A stretch of DNA of 42,853 bases from positions 1 to 42,853 of the forward strand of contig JAQBTT010000003.1 in assembly GCA_027624865.1 (NCBI GenBank), in the 5' to 3' direction. A program made the position numbers and the translations under genes. This document shows positions 1 through 9,231 of this stretch, piece by piece (the stretch's first letter is position 1; every line of letters starts with the position of its first letter). This DNA comes from a bacterium (lineage in GTDB: Bacteria; Patescibacteriota; Minisyncoccia; Minisyncoccales; UBA10102). Below the pieces are notes generated by a model, which ran no database searches, was not told the DNA's origin, and saw only the letters and a list, made by a program, of their open reading frames with translations.

Positions 1-1427
1 CAAAAGAAATTCAACCCTTGCCAACCGCCGGGCAAAACACAAAGCATACGGTAGAATTGCGCGCTGATGGCTGGTTTCCACAAGAGCTTACCTTAGAGAA
101 AGGAGACACCGTAACATTTACCACTGCGGGCGATAAATTTTTCTGGCCGGCAAGCAATATTCACCCTACTCACTCAATCTATCCTGAATTTGACCCCAAA
201 AAGCCAATACCCGTGGGGGAGAGCTGGAGTTTTACGTTCAATAAGCCCGGAACATGGAGGTTTCATGACCATATACAGGCCTCAAACATAGGAGAGATAA
301 TTGTCTTGGGCAATGGGCAGGAAAGCGCGAATGAGAATTGCCGGGATTTAGAAAAGCTTGAGAGCCAGCAGCGTGAGCAGTGCTGGGATGCCCTTCTTTC
401 TGACGCGTTAAAGAAAAAAGGTGTTGCAGCCGCCTTTAGCGTATTTACTGACCTGTATCAAAGAGACCCGCTCTTTTCTTTTACGGGATGCCATTGGTAT
501 GCCCATCGGATTGGGGAGGAGTTTTACGCGCAGGAATATCCTGCCTATGAAGATAATATTGAATCATTCAAGTTTCCTGCCGAGACGTATTATTGCGGGT
601 TTGGCTTTTTCCATGGGTGGCTTGAGCATATGCTGCGAGACGATCTGGACGTTAAAAAAGCAAAGCTCATTTGTGAGTATTTAGATAATCAACTTTCCCA
701 TGTGCGCCCGCGAATACGCTTAAACTGCTACCATGCCATAGGCCATGGGTTTATTAATGAGCCATATGATCCTTTGCTGTGGGGAAAGCCCCAAGAAATA
801 ATAGATCCTGCTCTTAAAGTTTGCGGCAGTGTCTCCAATAATCCAAATGAGGTTCGAGAATGCCTTCAGGGAGCTTTCAATGTTCTTGCTGATTGGACTT
901 TTAGAAAGGAGTACGGCCTTTTTCCTCCTGCCAAAGATCCTCTCATGTTATGCCATGCGCAGGGTACAGATGAGCATAAGCAGGCATGCTATTATGAAAT
1001 GGCTATGCATTTAAACAGCCTGGTTGGCGATGACCTTGTCAAACTTGCCGAGTTTGCAAAAGATATTAAAGATGATCAAAGCGCCTGGACTGTCATAGAT
1101 GTTGTGGCTGCGGGCGCCACGCAGCGAGCCCTTGGGAAAGATGATTATAGCGAATATATCCATGCGTGCCACAGTGTTCCAGAACGGCTGCGGCTTGGCT
1201 GTATTCATGGCTTTGCGGGAGGGTTTATGGCTCACGGCGAACCTGAAAAAGAGTATATTGAAGCATTGAAGTTTTGCGATTCAGAGGAGCTACTGGAAGA
1301 CGAGAGGCACGTTTGCTACAAAAACATTATTAGAACGTTTAAGGGTTCCTACCCCCGCGAAAAAGTAGAAGATATTTGTTTAACTATTGATGAAGAATAT
1401 CAGCCCTATTGTTTATACGAACCATGA
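1..1427 (+). CDS. Cupredoxin/plastocyanin-like domain fused to Cys/His-rich helical repeats; 5'-partial
   Basis: N-terminal 'FPQELTLEKGDTVTF...HPTHSIYPEFD...SWSFTFNKPGTWRFHDH' resembles a cupredoxin fold, followed by CHWYAHRIG, CYHAIGHG and CIHGFAGG motifs. The frame is open back to the window edge. Confidence 0.65.
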   Translation, partial: KEIQPLPTAGQNTKHTVELRADGWFPQELTLEKGDTVTFTTAGDKFFWPASNIHPTHSIYPEFDPKKPIPVGESWSFTFNKPGTWRFHDHIQASNIGEIIVLGNGQESANENCRDLEKLESQQREQCWDALLSDALKKKGVAAAFSVFTDLYQRDPLFSFTGCHWYAHRIGEEFYAQEYPAYEDNIESFKFPAETYYCGFGFFHGWLEHMLRDDLDVKKAKLICEYLDNQLSHVRPRIRLNCYHAIGHGFINEPYDPLLWGKPQEIIDPALKVCGSVSNNPNEVRECLQGAFNVLADWTFRKEYGLFPPAKDPLMLCHAQGTDEHKQACYYEMAMHLNSLVGDDLVKLAEFAKDIKDDQSAWTVIDVVAAGATQRALGKDDYSEYIHACHSVPERLRLGCIHGFAGGFMAHGEPEKEYIEALKFCDSEELLEDERHVCYKNIIRTFKGSYPREKVEDICLTIDEEYQPYCLYEP

Positions 1428-2371
1428 ATTTTAAATACCATAAACTCATAGTAATTGTGCTAGCATTGGCCGGAGGATTTTTGGCGGGAATGTTTTTTGA
1501 AAAGACGATGCCCTATAATCTTTTTCCTAAAGCCAGCAAGGAGCAGCCAAGGACAGTTGCAACGCCAGAGGGCGTTCAGTTCTCAACGTTCTTTGACGCC
1601 TGGAACATGATAGAGGCAAACTTTATGGGAGCCGCCAGCCTTAACAAAACAAATATGGAATATGGCGCCGCGTCCGGCTTGGCAGAGAGCTTGGGCGATC
1701 CCAATACAAGATTTCTTGACCCAGAGGAAACAAAGCGCTTAACAGAGAATATTGTTGAGGGAGCAGAGCTTAATACCGTAAAATGGGAGTTGTTGGAAAG
1801 AGATATTGCCTATGTAAAACTGTTTCGCTTTACCAGAGCCGCTGATAGTGATTTTGCAAGTATGGTTCCTGCAATTTTGCAAAGCAAAGCTACAAGCATA
1901 ATTTTGGACTTGCGAGACAATCCTGGCGGAGCGACTGATGCGTTTTTAAACATTGCAGGCAGGTTCTTTAAAAAAGGAGAGACAATTGCAATTGAGAGTT
2001 TTGGAGAGGGCAGGGGAGAATTTGTTCATGCATCGCAAGGCAAAGGGGAGCTTGAAGCATACCCGGTAGTTATTTTAATCAACGCGAAAACCGCCTCTGT
2101 TGCCGAAGTGTTTGCACATGCTATGCAAGAGAGCAAGGGCAGTCAGCTTGTGGGGGAGCCGTCAATGGGCAAGGGCACGGTGCAAAAGATATTAACTTTA
2201 AGCGGCGATACTGCTTTGGTGCTTACTACTTCAGAGCTGTTGTCTCCAAAAAAACACGCGGTTTCAAAAAGTGGCTTGATGCCAGATGTTGAAGTTGGTA
2301 CACTAGAAGGCGGAAATGATGTACAGCTTAAGCAAGCAATTCAAGCTATACGAAGCATTGCTAATTTCTAA
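1424..2371 (+). CDS. S41-family (CtpA-like) C-terminal processing peptidase, apparently lacking the PDZ domain
   Basis: ILDLRDNPGG, TASVAE (catalytic Ser) and GKGTVQ (catalytic Lys) motifs; N-terminal anchor; ATGA overlap with the upstream stop at 1424-1427. Confidence 0.8.
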   Translation: MNFKYHKLIVIVLALAGGFLAGMFFEKTMPYNLFPKASKEQPRTVATPEGVQFSTFFDAWNMIEANFMGAASLNKTNMEYGAASGLAESLGDPNTRFLDPEETKRLTENIVEGAELNTVKWELLERDIAYVKLFRFTRAADSDFASMVPAILQSKATSIILDLRDNPGGATDAFLNIAGRFFKKGETIAIESFGEGRGEFVHASQGKGELEAYPVVILINAKTASVAEVFAHAMQESKGSQLVGEPSMGKGTVQKILTLSGDTALVLTTSELLSPKKHAVSKSGLMPDVEVGTLEGGNDVQLKQAIQAIRSIANF

Positions 2372-2392
2372 TTTTTATATGAGACTTGTTGT

Positions 2393-2902
2393 ATGAAACA
2401 TATATATATTGCAAGCATACTCTTTTTTGGTTTACTATTTGGGGCGCTGCATGTTTCTGCCCATTCAACAGGCGTCTCACTCGAAAAAACCATTGATGAG
2501 TACAGGGTAGATATAGGGCAAAACCCTCCAGTGCTTGAGACAGAAAATCCTGCGGTATTTGATTTTGATCTGGTTTTTGAAAAAACAGGTGAGAGGGCAG
2601 AGTTTAGCGATATATGGGTACGAATTGTGCAAGGTAAAAAGACGGTGTTTGCAAGCGGCATTAATAAGCCGGATTTTGGCAACACGACTATGGTATATAC
2701 TTTTCCCCAAGGCGGGGAATACGAGTTGAATGTGCGCTTTCAAAAAGCAGGTGAAAAAATTGTTGAGGCATCTTTTCCCCTTGCTATTGAGGGGGTTACT
2801 ACGGATTCCGGGTTCAATCTTCCTTTGCTACTGCTAGGATTTTTCATTGGAACTATATGTGGGTTTTTAGTATCATTTATCTTGCTTAAAAAGAAAACCT
2901 AG
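2393..2902 (+). CDS. Exported, C-terminally membrane-anchored hypothetical protein (Ig/YtkA-like beta fold possible)
   Basis: Signal peptide ending VSA followed by His, beta-rich body, C-terminal TM helix and KKKT tail. Confidence 0.55.
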   Translation: MKHIYIASILFFGLLFGALHVSAHSTGVSLEKTIDEYRVDIGQNPPVLETENPAVFDFDLVFEKTGERAEFSDIWVRIVQGKKTVFASGINKPDFGNTTMVYTFPQGGEYELNVRFQKAGEKIVEASFPLAIEGVTTDSGFNLPLLLLGFFIGTICGFLVSFILLKKKT

Positions 2903-2918
2903 TCTCATAAAAGAGCAA

Positions 2919-3053
2919 CCTAAACTTGGTTTGGCCAAGTTATCCCCACCTAAGCTAAGCTTAGGAGCTTGGGTGAGATTGCTTCCCCTGGGGAAGCAAT
3001 AGGTTAAGCAATAGTTATAGAGGCAAAAGCGGGGTCTAACCCCGCTTTTGCCT
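2919..3053. repeat. Intergenic cluster of different REP-like palindromes (degenerate A, A, C, D)
   Basis: cctaagctaagcttagg 2949-2965; attgcttcccc-t-ggggaagcaat 2978-3000; aggcaaaagcggggt-cta-accccgcttttgcct 3021-3053. Confidence 0.85.
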
Positions 3054-3102
3054 TTGATTCAGATGTAGTTTTTTGGCGTAATTTTATGGTATAATTACAA
3101 TT

Positions 3103-3615
3103 ATGATCAGGCAATTTATTAAAGGCAGAGTGTATGTTTTTGTAGATGCTGCGAATATTTTGTATTCATAGCAAACTTTGCGTTGGCGAGTGGATTATGC
3201 AAAACTTAAGGAATATTTTGAGCAAGAATGCGATCTCCAGGCTATTTATTTCTATACTGGTCGTGTTGGGGAGAATAATAAGCAAAACTCTTTTCTTAAA
3301 AAGCTTGAACGTTTTGGATATATCGTAAAAGCAAAAGAGGTAAAAAGGATTAAAGTTTCAAAAAGCACCTACGAATGGAAGGGTAATCTCGATGTAGAGC
3401 TTACCATTGATGTGCTTGGAAGTATTAATAATTTTGATACCCTTATTTTAATGTCAGGAGATAGCGATTTCGCTCCGCTTTTAGATGCGGTAAAAGCTCA
3501 ACACAAAAGAGTGCTGGTTATGTCTACGAAGGGTCATGTTTCAAAAGAGCTTTTAGATCGCGCGAAATACATCAACGTAAAGAAGTTAAAGGATTTTATT
3601 TCGTATTATAAATAA
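3103..3615 (+). pseudogene. NYN-domain (LabA/DUF88, PIN-like) protein with one in-frame TAG
   Basis: ATG 3103 reads MIRQFIKGRVYVFVDAANILYS*QTLRWRVDY (TAG 3169-3171) in the same frame as ORF 3178-3615; KGNLDVEL and LMSGDSDF motifs; TGgTATAAT at 3087-3095. Confidence 0.8.
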
Positions 3616-3723
3616 AAAAAATCCCCCCGCTGAAGCGGGAAGAGGTTTGACATTTTCTATTATAGCAAATACATATACCCTGTCAATGGCAAATTTTGGG
3701 GATACTATTGCCGGCGGCTATCC

Positions 3724-3792
3724 CTGCCTAAGCTAAGCTTAGTTATCCCCACCTAAGCTAAGCTTAGTTATCCACAGCTAAGCTAAGCTTAG
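3724..3792 (+). repeat. Three tandem family-A palindromes (25-nt period) with DnaA-box-like spacers
   Basis: ctaagctaagcttag at 3728, 3753 and 3778; spacers ttatccccac and ttatccacag. Confidence 0.9.
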
Positions 3793-3872
3793 TTTTTGAC
3801 AGAGGCGGTTGGATTTGAGCATAGTGAGTTATAGAAAGGTCGTTAGTGTATACAAGGGTAACATTTAAAGTT

Positions 3873-4097
3873 ATGGCAGAAATAGTTAACTCACCAATCG
3901 TTTCCAAGATTGTAAAAGGAGGAAGTAGAACATACTTTTTGGATTTGCGGGAAAGTAAAAAGGGTAGCAAGTATGTGCAACTCACCGAGTCTCGCCGCGG
4001 GCAAGACGGTGAGAATATCCGTAGCAGTCTCTTTCTTTTTCCAGATCGGATTCCTGAATTTCAGAATGCCTTGAGTGAAATTGTAGAACAGATGTAA
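3873..4097 (+). CDS. PUR-alpha-like (DUF3276-type) single-stranded nucleic-acid-binding protein
   Basis: SKIVKGGSRTYFLDLRESKKGSKYVQLTESR matches the PUR repeat pattern; ATG at 3873. Confidence 0.75.
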   Translation: MAEIVNSPIVSKIVKGGSRTYFLDLRESKKGSKYVQLTESRRGQDGENIRSSLFLFPDRIPEFQNALSEIVEQM

Positions 4098-4104
4098 GAA
4101 TTGT

Positions 4105-4134
4105 GGGCGTTGCCTATCTTGTTGAGCAGCGCCC
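4105..4134 (+). terminator. Possible terminator hairpin
   Basis: gggcgttgc...gcagcgccc just after the stop; the U-tract is weak. Confidence 0.35.
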
Positions 4135-4143
4135 CTTCTGTAT

Positions 4144-4195
4144 CTCTGCCTAAGCTTAGCTTAGTTATTCACAGCTAAGCTAAGCTTAGGCAGAG
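4144..4195. repeat. REPIN-like inverted doublet of family A, upstream of RAYT-1
   Basis: Perfect 21-bp inverted repeat (4144-4164 / 4175-4195) around the spacer ttattcacag. Confidence 0.9.
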
Positions 4196-4227
4196 CAAAC
4201 AAGAGACATTTGCAGTATACTGTTTTT

Positions 4228-4947
4228 ATGGCAAGAAAAACAAAGTTTAAAGTAGGAAATATATACCACGTGTTCAATAGAGGCGTCGAAAAACGCGATA
4301 TCTTTTTGTCGGACGGAGACCGATGGAGGTTTCTTCAAGGGCTTTATCTTTTTAATAGCGAAGATGGATCGGCAAATCTTTTGTATCGCTTGGAGCAAGA
4401 GAGAGGGAGGATGCATTTTGGGGTTTTGCGCGAATACTTAGCAAAAGCAGGAATAAGGCGTAACCCATTGGTGCGTATTATGGCAGATTGTCTCAAGCCC
4501 AATCATTTCCATTTACTTTTGCAGGAGCTTCAAGAAGGCAGTATTTCCAAATTTATGCAAAAGCTCGGGACAGGGTATACAAAGTATTTTAATAAAAAGT
4601 ACGAACGTGTGGGCAGTCTATTTCAAGGCACGTTTAAAGCAGTGGAAGTGAACAAAGACACTCAGCTTCAGTATCTTCTTGCGTACATAAACGTGATTAA
4701 TCCGGGCCAGGAGCTGGAACCCGATTTAAAATCGGCAGCGCAGGATCCAGAAGAAATTTTGCGGTTTGTAGAGAACTATCCTTGGAGTACCCACCCAGAA
4801 TATCTTGGGAAGCGCACCTCTATTATTGCCGACAAGGGTGTTGCGGGCAAAATGTTTCCTACACCGGCAAAGTACAAGGCATTTGTGGCGGATATTATAC
4901 GAGGTAAACAGCCTTTCCTATTACGTAAAGAAACGTTGTTGGACTGA
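4228..4947 (+). mobile_element. RAYT-like HUH/Y1 transposase (RAYT-1), intact, 239 aa
   Basis: YHVFNRGVEKRDIF, CLKPNHFHLL (HUH), YFNKKYERVGSLFQG, YINVINP and YPWST motifs; family-A palindromes on both sides; TATACT 4216-4221 supports ATG 4228. Confidence 0.9.
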
Positions 4948-4950
4948 CCC

Positions 4951-4977
4951 GTGGAAAACTAAGCTTAGCTTAGGCAG
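4951..4977 (-). repeat. Family-A palindrome downstream of RAYT-1
   Basis: Minus strand reads ctgcctaagctaagcttag-ttttccac. Confidence 0.85.
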
Positions 4978-4980
4978 AAT

Positions 4981-5730
4981 ATGAGAGAGATATTGGAAAA
5001 AGTGAAAAATGGGGTGCTGGATGTTGTGTTTCCGACAATGTGTATGGGTTGCGGGAAGGAAGGGCATTACATATGTATGCGCTGTGAAGGATTTGTGGGT
5101 GAAGTTGCTTTGATTTGTCCGGTTTGTGGGCAGTCCAGTTTAACTGGGCAACAGCACCAAGCTTGCAGGTCGCTCTATGGCTTAGATGGTTTGGCAAGTT
5201 GTTTTGAGTATGAAGGAGTTGTGAAAAATTTATTGCATCACATAAAATATAATGGCATGACTCACGCAGTAAAAGAAACAACAGCTCGCGTACTTGGGAT
5301 TATGCTGGAAGACACAGCGCGATTTTATCCATTTCTCTCATTCTTGTCTTCTCAAAATATACATATAACATATGTTCCTATGTATAAAAAAAAGGAAAGA
5401 GATAGAGGATTTAATCAAGCAGAAATGTTTGCAAAAGAGATTGCAAAGAGCATGGGAAAGGAAGTTTTTACTATGCTTGAAAAGATAAAAGATACAAAGC
5501 CACAGGTTGCATTGAAAAAAGAAGAACGACTGCAAAATGTGAAAGATGCGTTTGCAGTTAGCAGGGTTAGCCCGCATAGCGCTGTAGGGGCTGACTCTAC
5601 TCTGCCAGAAAAGGTGATTTTGGTTGATGATGTGTGGACCACGGGAGCTACTATGAAAGAGTGCTGTAGAGTTTTGAAAAAAGCCGGGGCAAAAGAGGTG
5701 TGGGGCTTTACGTTAGCGAGAACTTCTTAA
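4981..5730 (+). CDS. comF: ComF family competence protein (double zinc ribbon + PRTase-like domain)
   Basis: CxxC motifs, RGFNQAE, VILVDDVWTTGAT. Confidence 0.92.
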   Translation: MREILEKVKNGVLDVVFPTMCMGCGKEGHYICMRCEGFVGEVALICPVCGQSSLTGQQHQACRSLYGLDGLASCFEYEGVVKNLLHHIKYNGMTHAVKETTARVLGIMLEDTARFYPFLSFLSSQNIHITYVPMYKKKERDRGFNQAEMFAKEIAKSMGKEVFTMLEKIKDTKPQVALKKEERLQNVKDAFAVSRVSPHSAVGADSTLPEKVILVDDVWTTGATMKECCRVLKKAGAKEVWGFTLARTS

Positions 5731-5733
5731 AAG

Positions 5734-6186
5734 AATTAACCTAATTGACCTAATTTCTAATTAACCTAAACAATCTCCAATGCCCAATGACAAATACGAC
5801 CTTGAAGAACGAACTGCTATGTTTGGGGAAGAAGTAATAAAGTTTTGCAGAGACTTGCCTAAGAATGAAATCACTAGACCCATTATTAACCAGCTAGTAA
5901 AATGTGGTACGAGTGTAGGCGCTAATTATTGTGAAGCTGACGACGCAGAAAGCAAGGATGATTTTAGACACAAAATAGGGATTTGCAAAAAAGAATCTAG
6001 AGAATCAAAGCATTTTTTGCGAATGGCAGCGGTAGCTGTTTTTGAAATGGCAGACAAAGCAAGAAAACTTTGGATTGAAGCAAAAGAGTTAAACCTGATT
6101 TTTAACTCGATATATAAGAAGGTTAAAAAAAATTAGAAATTGGTGCTTGTTTAGAAATTAGGTTAATTAGAATAATTAGGTTAATT
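5734..6186. mobile_element. Putative element: four-helix-bundle gene between inverted arms of 7-9-mer repeats
   Basis: Left arm aattaacct-aattgacct-aatttct-aattaacct-aaacaa (from 5734); right arm ttgttt-agaaatt-aggttaatt-agaataatt-aggttaatt (to 6186). Confidence 0.65.
5780..6136 (+). CDS. Four helix bundle protein (23S rRNA IVP / TIGR02436-like)
   Basis: DLEERT...QLVKCGTSVGANYCEA...SKDDFRHKIGICKKESRESKHFL...EAKELNLIF pattern; 118 aa. Confidence 0.9.
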   Translation: MPNDKYDLEERTAMFGEEVIKFCRDLPKNEITRPIINQLVKCGTSVGANYCEADDAESKDDFRHKIGICKKESRESKHFLRMAAVAVFEMADKARKLWIEAKELNLIFNSIYKKVKKN

Positions 6187-6190
6187 AAAA

Positions 6191-7081
6191 ATGTTGACGG
6201 AAGAGAAAAATGTTGTCAAAAAGGAAAACTCTCGCTACCCCTCATTGCTTGGGGATATTTCTGATGCGCCAAAGCAGTTATATTATAAGGGTACCTGGAA
6301 TCTAGAGCTTTTTGATACATGTTTGGCAGTGGTAGGAACTCGAAGGATGACAAGCTATGGAAAGCGCATGACAGAAGATATTGTAAGCAAAGTAGCAAGA
6401 GCTGGCATAACTATTGTTTCTGGATTTATGTATGGTATTGATGCTGTGGCGCATAAGGCTGCAGTGAGCGCGGGCGGAAAAACCATTGCAGTAATGCCAT
6501 GCGGTATTGATATTGTTCACCCAGAATATCAAGCAGATTTGTATCAAGAGATTTTAGATACCGGTGGGTTAGTGCTTTCAGAATATGAAGGAACACACCC
6601 TCCAGCAAACTGGACATTTCCAAGAAGAAATCGCATTGTTGCAGGGTTGTCACAAGCTACGCTAGTGGTTGAAGCAGGAGAAGGCAGTGGCGCTTTAATT
6701 ACTGCAAATCTTGCTAAAAAATATGGAAGAAAAGTGTTTGCCGTGCCAAATCCTTTAACAAGCGCGGTTTCGCAGGGAGTGACGCAATTGCTTCGTGAAG
6801 GAGCAACTGTGGTAGGTGGCGCAGAAGATATTTTGCAATATTATGGGTTGCGAGATCGTGTGCCTAAGCTAAGCTTAGGAGCTCCTAAGCTTAGCTTAGG
6901 CACGGGAGTACAAGATGAACTGGAGCAAAACATTGTAGAGCAGTTAGAAAAACAATCGCTTCATGTAGATGAACTTGCTCGAAGGCTTGAGGTTTTACCA
7001 GCCAAATTGGGTGCTGCAATTTCAATGCTACAACTGGAGGGGTATATTAAAGAGGAGCAAGGGAGATACTATGTTAATTGA
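6191..7081 (+). CDS. dprA: DNA processing protein DprA (no N-terminal SAM domain) with an in-frame palindrome insert
   Basis: AVVGTR, IVSGFMYGIDAVAH, FPRRNRIVAGLS, VVEAGEGSGALIT; C-terminal winged helix. Confidence 0.95.
   Translation: MLTEEKNVVKKENSRYPSLLGDISDAPKQLYYKGTWNLELFDTCLAVVGTRRMTSYGKRMTEDIVSKVARAGITIVSGFMYGIDAVAHKAAVSAGGKTIAVMPCGIDIVHPEYQADLYQEILDTGGLVLSEYEGTHPPANWTFPRRNRIVAGLSQATLVVEAGEGSGALITANLAKKYGRKVFAVPNPLTSAVSQGVTQLLREGATVVGGAEDILQYYGLRDRVPKLSLGAPKLSLGTGVQDELEQNIVEQLEKQSLHVDELARRLEVLPAKLGAAISMLQLEGYIKEEQGRYYVN
6860..6903. repeat. 44-bp perfect palindrome (family-A doublet), in frame in dprA
   Basis: gtgcctaagctaagcttaggagctcctaagcttagcttaggcac; encodes VPKLSLGAPKLSLGT. Confidence 0.95.
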
Positions 7082-7218
7082 CCTAATTAACCTAATTTCT
7101 AATTGACCTAAACAAATTCTAATGCCCAATAATTCAATGATCAAAAGAAGCTTTAGGCATTGGTTTTTAGACATTGGAGATTGTTTAGAATAATTAGAGC
7201 AATTAGAATAATTAGAAT
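7076..7218. mobile_element. Gene-less copy of the four-helix-bundle element arms
   Basis: Same aattgacct/aattaacct/aatttct-aaacaa left arm and ttgtttagaataatt right arm with no ORF between; contains the dprA TGA stop. Confidence 0.7.
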
Positions 7219-7229
7219 AGTTTTATCCT

Positions 7230-8765
7230 ATGTTATTTAAAGTACAATCTATTGCAAATTCTGGCATGGAAGCGCTTGGAGTAGATATTGAGGTGAGTGT
7301 TTCAAGTAGAGGTTTGCCGGGTTTTGATATTGTGGGGCTTCCCGATAAGGCAGTGCAAGAAAGCAAGGAGCGGGTGCGCGCTGCAATTGGAAATTCAAAG
7401 ATTGAATTTCCACAAAGAAAAATTACGGTAAATTTAGCTCCAGCCGACATTCCAAAGGAGGGCTCTTTGTATGATTTGCCTATTGCGGTTGGAATTATGG
7501 CTTCTGTCTTGCAGTATGAGATTCCCAAAGACAGTTTATTTTTAGGCGAACTTTCTTTAGATGGCACGTTGCGTCATACAAAAGGGGCTGTGCTCATGGC
7601 GCTCTTTGCAAAAGAACAGGGATTTTGCAATGTTTTTGTGCCAGCAGAGTCTGCCAATGAGGCCGCAATTGTGCAAGGTGTAAATGTATATGGAATAGAA
7701 AATTTAGAGCAGATAGCGAGTTTTCTTTTGGGGAATCAAAAAATAAAAAAAGTGGCGTATTCTGCTCCGTTACTGACTGGGGCGGCTGATGCCGAGTTTG
7801 ATATGGCAGAAGTTCTTGGGCAAGAAACTGCTAAGCGAGCTATAGAGATAGCCGCGGCGGGAGGGCATAATATTTTAATGATAGGGAGTCCAGGTTCTGG
7901 GAAAACCATGCTGGCGCGAGCGTTGGCAGGCATCCTACCAAAATTAAATGAAGAAGAATCGCTTGAGGTGACAAAACTTTATTCTATTGCAGGAAATATT
8001 CCTCCGCGAGGGTCACTCATTACAGCTCGTCCTTTTCGCGCGCCGCATCACAGTGTTTCTCTTATCGGGTTGATTGGGGGAGGCCAAAAACCTCAGCCAG
8101 GCGAGGTGAGCTTGGCGCACAGAGGAGTATTGTTTTTAGATGAATTTAATGAATTTCCCCGTAGTGTGCTGGAAAGTCTTCGCCAGCCTGTGGAAGATGG
8201 CATGCTTACTATTGCGCGAAGCAGACAGCGAGTAACCTACCCTTGCCGATTTATGTTGGTGGCATCTTGTAATCCTTGTCCATGCGGATACCTTACTCAT
8301 CCAAAGAAAGCTTGTGTGTGCACGCCAAGAGAAGTAAAAAAATACAAAAAGCGAGCCTCGGGGCCGCTTTTAGACCGGATTGATCTGCATATTGAAGTAC
8401 CAGAAGTTGACATACAAGAGTTTCAAGATAATCAAAAGGCTTCACTTTCCAAAGAAAGTTCGTTTGCCATGCGAGAGCGAATTGAAAAGGTACGAAAGAT
8501 GCAAGAAGTAAGGTTTGCAGGGGAACCTATACATGCTAATGCCGAAATGAAGAATAGCCATATTAAAAAATACTCTTTGCTTTCAAAAGAAGCAGAGCAG
8601 ATATTGAGTCGAGCGGCTCTTTTGTATCAACTCTCTGCAAGGTCTTTTATGAAAATGATAAAAATAGCACGTACCATTGCAGATCTTGCAGGGGCAGAGC
8701 ACATTGAAAAAAGTCATATGGCAGAGGCTTTGCAGTACCGCCCCAAAGCATATGAATTTGATTAA
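7230..8765 (+). CDS. comM: ComM/YifB Mg-chelatase-like AAA+ helicase
   Basis: VGLPDKAVQES, NLAPADIPKEGS, GSPGSGKT, PFRAPHH, LFLDEFNEF, NPCPCG. Confidence 0.95.
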   Translation: MLFKVQSIANSGMEALGVDIEVSVSSRGLPGFDIVGLPDKAVQESKERVRAAIGNSKIEFPQRKITVNLAPADIPKEGSLYDLPIAVGIMASVLQYEIPKDSLFLGELSLDGTLRHTKGAVLMALFAKEQGFCNVFVPAESANEAAIVQGVNVYGIENLEQIASFLLGNQKIKKVAYSAPLLTGAADAEFDMAEVLGQETAKRAIEIAAAGGHNILMIGSPGSGKTMLARALAGILPKLNEEESLEVTKLYSIAGNIPPRGSLITARPFRAPHHSVSLIGLIGGGQKPQPGEVSLAHRGVLFLDEFNEFPRSVLESLRQPVEDGMLTIARSRQRVTYPCRFMLVASCNPCPCGYLTHPKKACVCTPREVKKYKKRASGPLLDRIDLHIEVPEVDIQEFQDNQKASLSKESSFAMRERIEKVRKMQEVRFAGEPIHANAEMKNSHIKKYSLLSKEAEQILSRAALLYQLSARSFMKMIKIARTIADLAGAEHIEKSHMAEALQYRPKAYEFD

Positions 8766-8770
8766 AATAT

Positions 8771-8793
8771 CTGCTTAAGCTTAGCTTAGGCAG
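8771..8793. repeat. Family-A palindrome (one mismatch) between comM and yraN
   Basis: ctgcttaagcttagcttaggcag. Confidence 0.85.
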
Positions 8794-8802
8794 TAACAAG
8801 CC

Positions 8803-9189
8803 ATGGCACTGCACAATATTATAGGGAAAGAAGGGGAGGAGATTGCAAGGAAGTATCTTAAAGGTAAAGGATATATAATTCTAGAAGAAAACTATCAGAC
8901 AAAGAGAGCGGAAATTGATATTATCGCTCGACTTCGCCATGGATTCCTTGGGCAAGGCAAGGATATTCTTGTGTTTGTTGAGGTGAGAACAAAGTGTAGC
9001 GAGCAATTTGGAACCCCAGAAGAGACAATTTACTACCAAAAGCGTATGAAGCTTAAAAGAAATGCCGCTGCCTATGTTTATCGCAAGAAATATTATGGCG
9101 CTTATCGCATAGATGCTGTGTGCCTTGTGATAGATGAACATATGGGGCTTAAGCGCATTAATCATTATGAAAATATTGTTGAAACTTAA
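8803..9189 (+). CDS. yraN: YraN family (UPF0102) nuclease
   Basis: GKEGEEIARKYL, EIDIIA, LVFVEVRTK, RIDAV. Confidence 0.92.
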   Translation: MALHNIIGKEGEEIARKYLKGKGYIILEENYQTKRAEIDIIARLRHGFLGQGKDILVFVEVRTKCSEQFGTPEETIYYQKRMKLKRNAAAYVYRKKYYGAYRIDAVCLVIDEHMGLKRINHYENIVET

Positions 9190-9231
9190 TCTAGTGGATA
9201 ATGTAACCGGATTAAGGATATAATAGGTAGC

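Noticed and set aside
3724-3792. Mini CRISPR array
   Set aside because: Repeats are 15 nt, spacers are 10 nt and nearly identical, there are no cas genes, and the same motif is dispersed like a REP.
2940-4173. oriC suggested by DnaA-like boxes
   Set aside because: The boxes are few, tied to repeats and scattered; no dnaA/dnaN or clear unwinding element nearby.
5780-6136. Diversity-generating retroelement (Avd-like gene)
   Set aside because: No reverse transcriptase and no TR/VR pair with adenine-specific mismatches in the window.
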